From contig CM082590.2 in assembly GCA_040954595.2 (NCBI GenBank), forward strand, positions 3,968,001 to 4,032,000: DNA of 64,000 nucleotides, read 5' to 3'. This document shows, piece after piece, positions 10,957-23,170 of the stretch. The position numbers were made by a program, and so were the translations under genes. The DNA is from Balanoglossus misakiensis (taxonomy: Eukaryota; Animalia; Hemichordata). The first letter of the stretch is position 1. The number at the start of each line of letters is the position of its first letter. The notes below the pieces were generated by a model that worked only from the letters and a program-made list of their open reading frames with translations, was not told the origin of the DNA and ran no database searches.

Positions 10957-12892
10957 TTAGTGAAAACAATGCTTCTGAAGGACGAGTTTCTTCAAGAAGT
11001 TTCGCTCCTGTGAGTGAGGCAAAGGTGTCGCGGTACTTGCGGCCCAAATGCCAGCGTGACAAGCAATCGGCAATGCTGTTCTGAGCGCCAGGAAGATAGG
11101 CGCGCTTTCAGCTCGAACTGATGTGTCGCTGCAATAAACCAAAGTTCGCGCGCGGCTGACATGAGAAATGGGGGCGCGACCGCCTGTCCATTTGTCACCC
11201 CAAAGTCTGGCCGCCACTACGATGGTGACCATTTCAAGGCAGTGGATAGGCTGTTGCTGCAGCAAGACAAAATCTGGGAATGGGGCATGGAAATACTGTG
11301 AGGCTGAGATTCCACCACATCCTGAAAGGCAAGCATCTGTACAAATAACGCTGTTGGGTGTGGACCAGACCAGTTCCGGAATAATCGAAACGCCGTTATA
11401 TTGACTAAGAAAAGAGATCCACCAACTGATATCTTTCTGGAACTGCAAGTTTAAGTAAATGTCATGCCGCGCCGACTGGACAGAACATAGCGTGTCAAGC
11501 ATGCGGCTAATAAAAAGACGGCCTGCACAAACACAGCTAGAGACAAATGAAAGCTTGCCGATAAGGACCTGCTGACGTCTAGTGGCCTTTTTCCTGCCTG
11601 ACCAATGAGCAAGAAGCTCTGAAAGTGAGCCTGTCCTCTGTGACTTCTAACGTTATGGTTACTGTGTTGACTTGCACACCTAAAAACGAGAGGCAAGTTG
11701 TGGGGGTTACAGCTTTACCAAAGGCTTCCTGTAGACCTAATTCAGAGAGAAGAGACCGCAAAGCTGAAAAGGCGGACTGGGCCCGTATAGGGGTGACTGC
11801 GCCGCAAAAGTCATCCAAAAAATTGACTGCGCGAAAACCCAGATTATGGTACATGGCAATCACGGTGTTCGTGGTGGCCTGACATGCAAGCGCCGCGGAG
11901 CGCAACCCGAATGGCAAACGGAGATCAAATAAGAGCGAATCTCGCCATGTATAACCCAACAGGTGAAAGTCATGGGGATCCACTGGCAATTGTCTGTAAG
12001 CCCTACTCAAGTCTAGTTTAAACAAGTGAAACCCGGGGCCCAAATCTCTTATAATCGCGACCAGCGAGTCAATATTGGGGTAGCGGAGCTGGAAAGGCTG
12101 CTGCAGGAAGGTCAATGCTGAAATACCTGCATTGACAGAACTAGAGATAGGAAAACTGAGATCCATTATAATACGCCTATCCGGAGACCCCTTATTCGGG
12201 ACTGAGGCGAGCGGGGAAGTAGCCACTGGCATAGTATGTTGGTTAGATGCAAATGGTCCAGCGGTGGCCTCTAGACTAACTTCAGTGCTAACGAAGGCAT
12301 CAACATGGTGAGCAAATTGCAAGGCGGATCTATGGTTGCGCCTGCTAGAAAGTGGCAAGCAACTACCAGTGATATTGATGGGCCAGCCAAATTCAAGAAA
12401 GTCAACTATAACGCCACTGTGCCTGTCAGGAAGTCTGGCTCGCCATGCTGGAATGTTTAGTGCAGTTGGAACAGGGATACGCACTCCGGCAAAGTTTGGT
12501 TTTCCGGAAGTGAAAACTATCCTGTGCGCTTGTAGGACCCACTCGTGTGAAACTGGCGAACATGGGGGCCAATCAGTCGTGTGTGGGAGGACCCAGGCTG
12601 GAATAACTGGAAAAAGTGGAGTGTCAACAACGGTGGGTACTAAAAATTCCTGGTACTTGAAGGTCTTGGTACCTGATAAAGCCTGTGCTAGAACATGATG
12701 CGAGAGGGCACAGTCGAAAAGTACAGAACTGTCGCAATAAAAATTGTGAGCATCAAAAGCTACACCATTTACAAAGTTTGAAAGGTCAGGTGAAAAACCT
12801 ACATAACAACAAGGCTGATCAGGTATGCTGTTACATGAGTCAGATTCTGCTAAATCTTGGAAAATTCCCTCTCCCCCAGTGCTACATGTCAT
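10957..12892 (-). pseudogene. DIRS/Ngaro pol (RT plus RNase H), frameshifted
   Basis: RRIIMDLSFP, FKLDLSRAYRQLPVDP, LPFGLRSA, NFLDDF, FLGV; RNase H motifs ICTDACLSGCGG and IHCLEM. Confidence 0.9.
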
Positions 12893-13512
12893 TCCCTGGG
12901 GTTTTTTGGTGTTTTGTCCCTGAAATCTTTATCGTTAAAGGGGCAATCTGTGGAAGCATGCCGCTTAACTGGTTGATCCACACTAATTTAGGGAGGGTTT
13001 TAGACGAATCTGTTATGCAGGTTGTCAAAATCGTCGCCCACTCCAACAATCCCTGCTCAAGGTATTGTACAATTATTGAGTGGTATTTACGAACCCTCTC
13101 CCAAGAATACAACTGAGCGCCAGTGACAATGTTTTGCAAGTGTGCTAAACGATTCACAGTGGAAGCATTATTTAAACTCATCCCTAATATGATCTCCAGT
13201 TCACCCGATACCAGCTGTGGTAAAGTCAATTCATCATAAGTTATTGCCTCTGGTTTGTGCGGGTTGGGGTCTCGGATGTATTCGTGTGGCCATGGTATGT
13301 ACATGAGAACCCTGTCTGTTGGTTTCCTCTTGGCGCCACTTTTTATTCTTTTACCTTTTGTCCGTAGTCGATGGCTGGAGAAGCCTGTACCTCGTCCTCG
13401 TGCGCGGAGCGTTCCGTTTCTCTACTTGTTTCTTCCCGTCGCCATGTCTGCTGTCTGCATCGTCGCTGGAGAAGGTTTCGCCCGATGATTCTGAAGAACT
13501 GAGGGAAGTGTC
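12882..13512 (-). pseudogene. DIRS/Ngaro gag-like ORF fragment
   Basis: IPWPHEY..YDELTLPQLVSGEL..YSWERVRKYH, located immediately upstream of pol; cut by an LTR at 13513. Confidence 0.75.
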
Positions 13513-13625
13513 TGTAATATTCAGGCTACTACAGTGATGGCGGAGAGAACACACTTTATTACTAAGTGTACTACGCATGCGTATAGATGACGTCATGCAC
13601 ATAAACAACATCCCATTATGTTACA
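13513..13625 (-). repeat. 113-bp 3' LTR of a Gypsy element
   Basis: On the minus strand: TGTAAC...ATTACA termini, internal AATAAA, directly preceded by the polypurine tract AAAAAAAGGAGA (13626-13637). Confidence 0.85.
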
Positions 13626-14675
13626 TCTCCTTTTTTTCAGCGGAAAGTCATCAACAACAATAACAACAAAACAAGTGAACAAATCATCATAGTCCTTGTC
13701 CTTCAAATATCTGGCAGACTTCTTCAGTACTTCAACAACAAATCTGTTTGAGTTCGAATGTTCATTGAATGTTCAAGTGTTCAGAGTGTTCAATTCAAAA
13801 CTTTTTTTTTTCTTAATAAACATGTTCCGTTTGGTGTGTGCAAATGTATGTGTGCATGAATGTATGCGATGTTCGTGTATTTCTTTCAACAAACTCCGAA
13901 ATCAGTTCTTTCCACATTAAGTGTCTACATAGTCCTGGAATCTTACTGGTCTTCTCACAACGCGTCCTCTGGAAGTGGTTTTCACTGACTGGTTGCCTGT
14001 GGCATCTGCTTGCGTCATACTGCTACAAACCGAGTTTGGATTGGTTACCGTAATCTCTTTGAGATGTTTTACATCTGGTGTAGTTTCTTCAACAGCAGGT
14101 GGTTGACAATGCTTTACAAGCAGGTGGTCATCAGCGACATCTGGAACAACTGGCATTTCTTTTGTTTTCCTGAGGTCACAGCGGTTTCTGCGGTAGGTGT
14201 GTCCACCTGACTCGACAATATATGATCGTGGTGTACTTGCTCTGGACTGTACAACTGCTGGTTTCCATCCTTTGGGTGTCTTCATTCTCACAAACTCATC
14301 GTTTGATAATCTGGGCAGATCTTTGGCATGCTGGTCATGATAGTATATCTGTCTTTGTTTCAATGTTTCCAGGCTTGGCTTTACATTCTCAACATGTTTG
14401 GGCTTCAGCAAAATCTCGCTGGTTGGAAAGAGTGTTTTTTGTTCTCCTACCCATGAGTCTCTGCCCAGGTGATCCCAACTGACTGTCACGTGGTGTGTTT
14501 CTATGATCCAGCAGAGCTAAATATGGATCCTTGTTATTCCGCTTGGCTTTCTTCATAAGCGATTTTGCACTTTTGACTGCAATTTCTGCCATGCCATTAG
14601 ATTTGGGGTATCTTGGACTTGATGTGACGTGTTCAAATCCATAGGCAGCTGCAAACTTGCCAACTCGTGAGTGAC
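13513..14675 (-). mobile_element. 3' remnant of a Ty3/Gypsy LTR retrotransposon (integrase C-terminal half, PPT, LTR)
   Basis: GFEHVTSSPRYPQSNGMAE..DPYLALLDHRNTP..SPGQRLMGRR (14389-14670), then frameshifted W.PAVV..TPRSYIV..YRRNR and TSRGRVVRRPVRFQDY (13917-14400). Confidence 0.9.
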
Positions 14676-15596
14676 TTGGTCAGTTGTCATGGTTCAGTAT
14701 GTAAAAATGAAATAATACAGTTTATGGGTACGTACCCACATACAATGTGACGTCACTTGCGCAGTAAGTTGTTGTTAGAGTAAACTAAAGATCACGTGAT
14801 TGTGACGTTACACTTTTTCGTGTAGAAACAGCGGTTCATTCAAAAATGTTGTTTACCATCTGAGGAGCCTTATATCGTTATATGGGCAAATTCAACCCGA
14901 ATCCATGGGTAGGGCAATTCTTTTCATGTTAAATGTAACAGTTCTTAAAATTCCTGTGCAGCTAAGTTATACTCTTCAAAATTTAAATTTAAATGAAGGA
15001 GTCTTTCTTCCTACATACACTTCAAAAGATATGTTAGTTCTCTTAGTCATTTTAAACACCCCTATTAGTCTGATTTATGGAATGTTCCTATAATGCAATT
15101 ACTGGGTTATTCCATTGAACATACGTAATATGGGTAGACCTGTTGATAGAATGCCTCTATGACATTTACAAAGACTATACCTTCCTCTCGTTTCAAGATC
15201 TCACAAGTTTGGCTGGGACAGCTTAATTGTTCAAATAAATATCAGTCTCTGATTGGCCGAGCTTGAGCACCTGATGAAAAAGCTTTGACTTTATTGGTCA
15301 AGTTTATCGTAACGTCATTGTGATCACCTGATGAAAATGCTCTCACTCTATTGGTTAGATTGCTGTGTATATAAACAACTCAATAAAGTAAATACACACC
15401 ACTTCGCAAAACAATCTGACCAGTAGTTCTTGAGTTACTGAGTTTTGACCAAATTCACATTTTCCAGCTAATTTGCATATTTTTGGCAATGACAACTTCA
15501 TTTGAACAAACTCCCATCTACAGCCCAGCCTGCATCTGCACACCAAAAATCAAGGTGATACACGCAGTGGTTTGCAAGTTTTTTTATGTGGACGGA

Positions 15597-15646
15597 CATA
15601 CATACATACATCCATACATCCATCCATCCATCCATACATACATACA
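15597..15646. repeat. (CATA)n/(CATC)n compound microsatellite, probably inside a small repeat element
   Basis: catacatacatacatccatacatccatccatccatccatacatacatacag. Confidence 0.9.
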
Positions 15647-16889
15647 GACGCAACCGATCCCATAAGGTCCCATGGTATATATGCCTATACCAATTGGACC
15701 TAAAAACCTTGGATCCGCAGGCAGCCCGTTGATATCTGCGAATTAGGAGGGGAGAAATTGTGAAAATTATTTCAAACATCAAAAATGAGTTAAGATGGTG
15801 CTGTATATCATGTATATTACTTTGCATGTTTTTATTACGTTGTGCGTTATTTTGAACGCCTTAAAGGGAAAGTTAAGTCGAACCGATTTAGTATTATGTG
15901 TTAGCTTTGGGTTCAGTTATTCAGGGGAATAAACATTTCGCCTTCCCAAACTCATGTGATTTTGCACAAAAAGGGAAGAGATTCTTCGATATCAAATGAC
16001 GTCAGACGCGCTCAGGCAGCAGTTACGTTGGCATTCAAATGTCCAGATGACGGGCAACTTCAACAACGTGGTGCAGACAAAGACTGTGCAGACGAAATGC
16101 AATGAGGTTGATGAGGCACCATACCTGATACATGTTACGTATCTGGCGGTTCTAAAGTAAAAACATACTCGGAAAATTGTTTACTAGATGCCAAAATATT
16201 GCTTGCCCGTCATCTGAAAATGACAATGCTGTGGGCCACATGGCCAGATCACGTGATTGATAGTAAAGAATCGACGGAAGATACATTCTGGGGCTACATC
16301 AAATAAAACTATTCTGAATCATTTGCATATAAGTCTTCATATAAGCCTTCATGATTTCTATGATAAAAAGATGTGAACAGTATTATTTTTTAACAAATCT
16401 CTCCTTACACAAGAATAGAAAGGTTTGGAGCATTATCATTTTGTCAAATCTGTCCAGAGGCGCATACTGCCTAAATGATGATTACATAGGCCTAATTAAT
16501 TATTTTTTTTACTTAAAGGGACAAAGTCTCTCTCTTGTTGCCCCCTTTCCATTGATTATGTTTAATTCAACACACCATGTGTATATATAGTGAATCAACG
16601 TTCGACCACACATTTTTGTAGGATATGAGCGTCAAAATCTCGACCAAATGAATAAACGGTAGAGACCGATTATTCATTTTGGCGAGTTTTTCACTCTCGT
16701 GTCTGCAAGTGGGATGAAAGGTGTGTGTGGTCGAATGTTGATTCACTATATATCCACATGTAGAATAACATAAACGGTGTCTTATATCAAACATAAAGGG
16801 CTTATAGGGCACACTGACAGTGACAAAACTATACCCCAAAGTGTTGCATAATGGTCCCAAGCAGACATACATTTCCACAACTTCGCCTC

Positions 16890-17488
16890 CATAGGCGTAG
16901 GAACCAGGAGGGGGAAGGGTGGTCACTTGCCCCCCTCCAATTCTGAAATGTGTGTGTGTGTGGGGGGGGGGGCAAAGAAATACTTTTGCCCCCCCCCCCC
17001 AACTTTAGGGACAAAAAATTGCGGTTTCGAGATTGTTATATTACAAAATTTTCCAATGTCACAGGGGGACACCCGCTCCCACACCCACCACTTTCATTCT
17101 TTCACACCTTTCATGTATTGCCTGGTGTACCTGGGCAGAGTACTTGCCCCCTCCCCCCCCCACCAATGCTAACTTTGAGCGGCGAAGGCTAAATTTGGCC
17201 TCCCCAACATAGTTGAGTTAATTTGCTTTTGAGTTCATTAAAATGCAGCTTTGAGCTCTGTATTTAATAAAATTTTCTAACGTGGGAGGGGGGCACCCAC
17301 TCCCAAACCCACCGTTATCAATACTACTAACTATTGTAATGACTTGTCGATTTAATTTGTTCATATATTAATTTAATTATTTTAATTTATTTATGTATGC
17401 AAATTTCCATTGTAAGTCATTCACCACCAGAATGTTGGTTACATTTTACCCCCCCCCCCCAAACCATGAATTGCTCCCTAAGCCCCTG
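16890..17488. mobile_element. ~600-bp MITE with CA...TG ends and a 5-bp TSD; unexpanded relative of the satellite source
   Basis: Imperfect TIR cataggcgtagga / tccctaagcccctg. GCCTC on both sides (16885-16889, 17489-17493). Body is colinear with 50040-50462. Confidence 0.8.
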
Positions 17489-19957
17489 GCCTCGCAAATT
17501 ATTTGTACAATGTGCACTCTCATCCATTTGGGCTTAGATTATTCCTCAAATAATTTAGCGAAAACATATAAAGAAAATCATTTCAAACAAATGCAACACA
17601 ATTTGAATGACGTCATTGTCCTATCATAGAACATTGAAAGGGTATATGAATAAGGCTTTCCAACAAAAGGTACTACATAATTAGATTTAAAAATTATTTT
17701 TCGCTTATAATGAATAAAGTACTGAAAATATTGTGTCAATTTTATTCAAACAAAATTGCCAATATTGAAATGAATTCTTCAAATACATGTCATCAATAAT
17801 TGAAATATCAACCTGTCTTCTTTATTAGTATATGTAGACATCTTAAAACACTATCATTCTTATTAACATGCCCATAACATCATTGATGTAGTTTTTTTTC
17901 AAACCAGTTGATGTTAATTTGTGTGTTTGTTTTTGTGTGGCATCTGTCTATGCCATTTACATATTGTTTGAAAGACTCATAAACAGAGAGTTCAAATGAG
18001 GGGTAAATTCAGTATGTTCTAAAATAATTCAATACAAACAAAGTTGTCTTATTCATGACAGCTGTCCCTGACACAGATGTACACGTGGCCAATACGGGCA
18101 TGGCTAAACACATCTGTTTGACCTGTGTCTATTCACTTCACAAGTTTACCTTCACATTGATAAACTAGGGATTGACCAACCAAGTTAACATATTTGGGGA
18201 AAAATATGCTTAAAGCAGTGAAGGGATGCTTTTACAGGAACAAAATCCGAAACAAAAGATCAGATCAGAGTGAATAATCCAAGCTGGCCAGTTTCTGTGT
18301 GGGGGATATTTGTGAGGTGAATTTACAAGCTTGATACTTCACACATTTGGTTTTGTAAAACACAATGTAGAAAACGTACATACAAAAAGATTTTAAAAGG
18401 AAACATGACATTAACTGTGACTTGGGAGTATTACCAATTTGTGTGTATTGAACATACCTGTAGCAATAACAATAAGCTGTGGTTTAAGTATTTTATAGAC
18501 AAAATTATCAGATTGTACAGATGGTTTTAGAACAACCTTGGTTATTGAGCTGTCTTAAACACAGAAACTCGAGAAGTTTTTTGTCCTATTACTGAATATT
18601 CAAGCAGATATTGTCATTGCAATTAACCTTGTCCCCGCTGGATCAATGGATAAAGAGAACACTGAGTTAACATGAAATAAAGTCTGTCCCCACATGTCTG
18701 AGTAATGGTTCCATACAAAAGGATTCACTGACATACGGAATGTTATCTTTAAGACAGCTGGTTTGGATCCAAGGGAAGTGAAATGAAATCACTATATGCC
18801 ATTTCTGTCAAGATTGTTAGTACATCAATTACATTTTGCAAATATCACATGTTGATATGCATAATTGAAGACATTAAACTTGTGACAGATAAGCATTAAA
18901 ACCCTGCATACATTTTCAGAGAAAAAATACGAGTCACAAGAAACAAAAGGCAAGTATTATACTAACACACCAAAAACTGCCGTATATTGATAAACTTGAA
19001 ATTTGCAAATGAATGTTTTAATGGAAACATTCATGATTCAAGAGGACATTAAAAAATTCTTGATAATTTTTAAAAAGTTACATAATTATTTTACATTGAT
19101 GCACAATACATAATAGTACTTGGTCTAAAGACAGACAATCTCCTTCTCTCTCTATTAAACATAGATTTGGCTACACATCAACAGAATGTGTTTAATGTCA
19201 GCTGTGGTAAACTAGTCCAGAAAAGAAATCACCACTTAAAATGCAAATATAAATTGAGATACTGCAATCCAATTAATCTGGGTCATTTGATTATGTTACA
19301 AATGCAACCTCAGAGTGAATTTTCTCACAAGAAGATTGAAAGGCCACATTTTTGTTTATCAACTCATAGGATTGGTCTCTGCACAGAGGATACTACATGG
19401 GCAGTGTTCCCATCATGTCATTTCATCCACTTATCTTTGACCATGCTTTCTTTTGGCCGATGAACATGGTGCTATCTGGTACATGGTGAAGGAGCATCTA
19501 ACTGGAAGATCTATTGTATAATTTCCTACAGTCATATAAAAACAATATCCACTATCTCTAACCACAGATCAAACATGAAATATTTCATTCTTTTGTCTAA
19601 CTTTGACATTGTTGGAACTGTTCAGGGGATATATCCGAATAAAATGTATATAAGTATAATTCCTTGTACTTGGAAATAATGTCACAACTCTGCCATTATA
19701 TACACAATGGGAAATGCAGTTACTGTGTAGTACATGTGTGGCCAGATCCAAATTCTGTAGTGTTTGGAATCTACCAGTCTTGCGCCCTCTTGAGATGTTT
19801 GAGAGTACATTATGGATGCTAGGGTGTATTGATGGAAATGTTTGATTTATGTTTTGGTAACATTCATGCACATGTATTGTGGTATCACAGATACAATACC
19901 GTATGTTAACGCAGAGTATTGTGATAATCTTTGGGTGACACCCACATCAGTATGTCT

Positions 19958-22900
19958 CTATTGTTTACTTGCCAGCTCACGAAAGTGAGTTTCACAAACC
20001 CAAATGACACCTGTGCCATATGCTATTGGCTGTAGGCCCCCAAACTGTCCATCTTCATCAGCTTTACCGAGAAAGCGTTGGAAATCTCTGCGGTGTAGTG
20101 ATGATTCCATCTTTTCTAACTCCTCCTTGGACTTTTGTAGAGGCTCTCTGGATATGTCATTCAATTCTGGATACTTGCTTCCAAAATCATCCAAGAATTC
20201 TGACAGTAAGTTACCTGCTTTCCCAGCGATTGCAGGAACTGTTTTTGCTGCTGCAGCAGCAGTACCGGTTGGATCTGGAATGAACTTCAACAAACCACCT
20301 GCTGCCTCGATGAACTTCAGAATTCTACAGATATGCGGGCCATACTTCTTGAGAAACCCATTCACATTTCTAACTCGATAGCCCGGGGAATCAATGAAAT
20401 GCAACTGTTGTGGGTTTTCACAAAGCAAGTGGACTGCATAACCATCAGAGAAGTGGGAAAACACATACTGTGTCAGTTGACCCACAACTGATAGGCTTCC
20501 TGTGTTAACCGACAGCATAACAAAGTGACTTGGGCAGCGCATGTCTTTGGACATGTCAAATCTAGTCTGGGTAGAAATTGGTCTTTCTACACCATGCCAC
20601 TGTAGTAGGTATAACCTGTTGTCAAATGTGTGACTGTGTGATTTGGGGATTGAACAGATGAGACTGTATCCAACCTGTTTCATTTCTCCAATCTTAGGTT
20701 TACACTGAATGATACAGTGTGGGCATGATAGGGACTCTGGTACCTTCATATCAACATTCATGTACTGAGGGGTGTTGAGAACATCCTTCATGATGCTTTG
20801 GAGTTGTTGCAGGAGGCAACAAGCCTGTGGTCCCCTAGCACTGACAAGGATACTGTTGCTATGGTAAAGCAACTCAAAACGCACATGGTGCAGAGTATCA
20901 ACACTTCTGCCAAAACCACCAGACTTGATACATTCATCACATGGTTCCAACCTTTCATTGCAAAGAAACACAATGTTATTTCGTGTGTATGTGGGTTGAT
21001 TCGACTCTGCAAACATGGCCTTCTCATTGACCGCTACTATTAGATCACAGAAAAACAGCGGAGGTAGAAAGCCAAATTCATAAAGTTGACTAGCCTGTCT
21101 GACTTTGTCTTTAGGGTATGGGTACCAACTATCTTGTGATGGTTGACCAACAGGTAACTTACAAGGAAACAGAAAACCCTTCTTTCCTTCAACTGATGTT
21201 TGTTCATCACCAAATGCAAAACAGATACGCAATGATGTAAAAACATCTAAAAGTGAGCCATGATATTCACTTTCGATGTCTGCCCAGGCTTTTACCATGT
21301 TCTCCATTGACAGTATGCCATTGTTATCAATGAATTCCCCAGACCCATCTTCCCTTGCATAAGATATCAGTGTCTTCAATTTATTAGCCAGCCAATGGGG
21401 ATCGAGTACTACCAGCACTTGCAGACCCTTGTCTCCAGTTGTAGATCTAGATGGATCAACCACTATGTCACCCTGGCTACACAGAAAACTGGTTGCATTA
21501 TCTAATGTCACACCCTTTTCAATTCCAATGTTACCAGCAATCTCCTGGTATTCCTTGAAGGTCATTACTGGGTTTGAACGTTTCAGTTGTTCTGATTTTA
21601 AGTTCTCTCGCAAGAGATTCCACTTTTCAGGGATTTCTGGGTGTGTTGATTCCAAAAGATTATCACAAACCTTTGTTAGTGCTTTTTGCAACTGTGCAAT
21701 GCTCTTATTCCCCTTGTATAATATCCAATTTGGGAATTTTTCTGTGCTGCAAACCTCAACATATCCAACAATGTGTGGACAAGAAGTCAGAGCTCTTCCT
21801 TCTGAAGGAGGCATTTGACTTTCATCAACCAATTCCTCATCACCATCAATACTCACATATCCAGCTAATCCCTTAAACATACTCTTTCTTTTCAGCACAT
21901 CTTGGTTCTGACACACTAAGCAATCTTTGCGCATATTTTGCCGGTAGTGCTTGCGATGTGTGTCTCTCATTTCAACAAGTGTATCATGAACCGTCTTCCA
22001 AATCAAGTCAAGTACAGCCCTGTTTAACATTGGCGCATCAGCATGGGTACCTACCAGAATAACTTGGGAATTTGGAGCATATGCAAACACAGTCTGCAAC
22101 CACAATTTCACTCTCCCCATTTGATGTGAAGATGACACCTTGTCCGTTGTTGAACTAATGGCAAATTTGCTGAGGTCAAAGGTGACCAAAAAGACACTGT
22201 CATCTGTAATAAACAGTGAATGTGATTCCAGAAAATCTACATCCCCAGCAAAATCAAACACGGTCAACTTTATATCTCTCTCTTTGAGATTTATTTCCGA
22301 GATGTCTATGCCATCAGTTTTCTGCACGTCTGATGATTCACCCTTCAATGCTTGCACTAGAGTTGTTTTTCCTACACGTTCATGACCAACGAGAACTACC
22401 TTGACATTCCTATTAGGCAACGTGTTTGTGTTCAGAAATTCCTTCAGGTAATGCAAGACAGCTTCCTTACCACCACTTAAAATATCACGTGGTATGTTTA
22501 TGGATGGATTTCCTTCTATGCTGATGTATTCACAATCAACAAGTTTGCTCAACGATGGTGGTATTCTCTTAATTGAATTGTTACTCACATCCAATGTTGA
22601 TAAACCAGGAATTGAACCGATGTCCTCCTGCAGATCAGTCAAACCATTGTTATTTAAGAACAACTGTTTAACACTCCCACAAGCTATGTGTATTTGGTGT
22701 TGTTTCATTTTTCTGTCTGCTTGAGGTGATTTTTTCACTTGGAGGGTACAGTAACTAACATTCAGTATTTCAAATGACCCAGAATGGTGGATAGACCATG
22801 GTACAGGGATCTTAGTATCAATGCAGGTGAAATACCTGGCTGAGGGCAAAAGCCAACCAGCCACTTTCTCGGGATCAAAAGACTTAACACTGATTAAAGT

Positions 22901-23170
22901 GAGACTTTCCGATACCTTTATGTTTCTCACCTCCTTGATGTCGACATTACATAACACTAATGAACTTAATTCTCTACCCTTCATAAGTACATCTAACCTT
23001 GATAACGCTTTGCTGTCACCAACTACAATTGCCTTTACTCTCTCGCCACTCTCGTAAACGGCTGTCAACCTCTCACCCAAAGTGTCATCTGCCAAGTTGA
23101 GGACTTCACGCATCGCATCAGATTTTTCAACTACAATTGATCCGATCTTTCCAGCTTTCAGTAAATGTTT
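19958..23170 (-). CDS. Terminal coding exon of a ROCO gene: LRR, Roc GTPase, COR and C-terminal domain; no kinase
   Basis: Acceptor ttctttttttcag then AAACAT at 23170 (phase 0). LRRs LFLNNNGLTDL and LDVSNNSIKRIP; P-loop GHERVGKTT; TDGIDI; FDFAGD; VGTHAD; COR IPEKW..LDPHWL..FLFPCKL; ends GVIWVCETHF. About 1070 uninterrupted codons. Confidence 0.93.
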   Translation of the reverse strand, partial: KHLLKAGKIGSIVVEKSDAMREVLNLADDTLGERLTAVYESGERVKAIVVGDSKALSRLDVLMKGRELSSLVLCNVDIKEVRNIKVSESLTLISVKSFDPEKVAGWLLPSARYFTCIDTKIPVPWSIHHSGSFEILNVSYCTLQVKKSPQADRKMKQHQIHIACGSVKQLFLNNNGLTDLQEDIGSIPGLSTLDVSNNSIKRIPPSLSKLVDCEYISIEGNPSINIPRDILSGGKEAVLHYLKEFLNTNTLPNRNVKVVLVGHERVGKTTLVQALKGESSDVQKTDGIDISEINLKERDIKLTVFDFAGDVDFLESHSLFITDDSVFLVTFDLSKFAISSTTDKVSSSHQMGRVKLWLQTVFAYAPNSQVILVGTHADAPMLNRAVLDLIWKTVHDTLVEMRDTHRKHYRQNMRKDCLVCQNQDVLKRKSMFKGLAGYVSIDGDEELVDESQMPPSEGRALTSCPHIVGYVEVCSTEKFPNWILYKGNKSIAQLQKALTKVCDNLLESTHPEIPEKWNLLRENLKSEQLKRSNPVMTFKEYQEIAGNIGIEKGVTLDNATSFLCSQGDIVVDPSRSTTGDKGLQVLVVLDPHWLANKLKTLISYAREDGSGEFIDNNGILSMENMVKAWADIESEYHGSLLDVFTSLRICFAFGDEQTSVEGKKGFLFPCKLPVGQPSQDSWYPYPKDKVRQASQLYEFGFLPPLFFCDLIVAVNEKAMFAESNQPTYTRNNIVFLCNERLEPCDECIKSGGFGRSVDTLHHVRFELLYHSNSILVSARGPQACCLLQQLQSIMKDVLNTPQYMNVDMKVPESLSCPHCIIQCKPKIGEMKQVGYSLICSIPKSHSHTFDNRLYLLQWHGVERPISTQTRFDMSKDMRCPSHFVMLSVNTGSLSVVGQLTQYVFSHFSDGYAVHLLCENPQQLHFIDSPGYRVRNVNGFLKKYGPHICRILKFIEAAGGLLKFIPDPTGTAAAAAKTVPAIAGKAGNLLSEFLDDFGSKYPELNDISREPLQKSKEELEKMESSLHRRDFQRFLGKADEDGQFGGLQPIAYGTGVIWVCETHFRELASKQ

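Larger units (their letters stand above)
9468..13512 (-). mobile_element. Tyrosine-recombinase retrotransposon (DIRS order, Ngaro/PAT-type split direct repeats); 5' end missing
   Basis: Gene order gag, RT, RNase H, YR. An 86-bp direct repeat at 9770-9855 and 9468-9553 gives the B1-A2-B2 layout at the 3' end. Confidence 0.9.

Noticed and set aside
7570-13512. A single element encoding two tyrosine recombinases
   Set aside because: The Ngaro terminal repeat ends at 9468 and the second YR lies outside it and is more decayed; nesting is the simpler explanation.
10383-13537. Plus-strand ORFs over the Ngaro element (and likewise over the ROCO exon)
   Set aside because: Antisense shadows of real coding frames with no motifs of their own.
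19958-23170. Calling the gene LRRK1, LRRK2 or DAPK1
   Set aside because: No kinase, WD40 or death domain is visible before the stop codon, and orthology cannot be established by eye.
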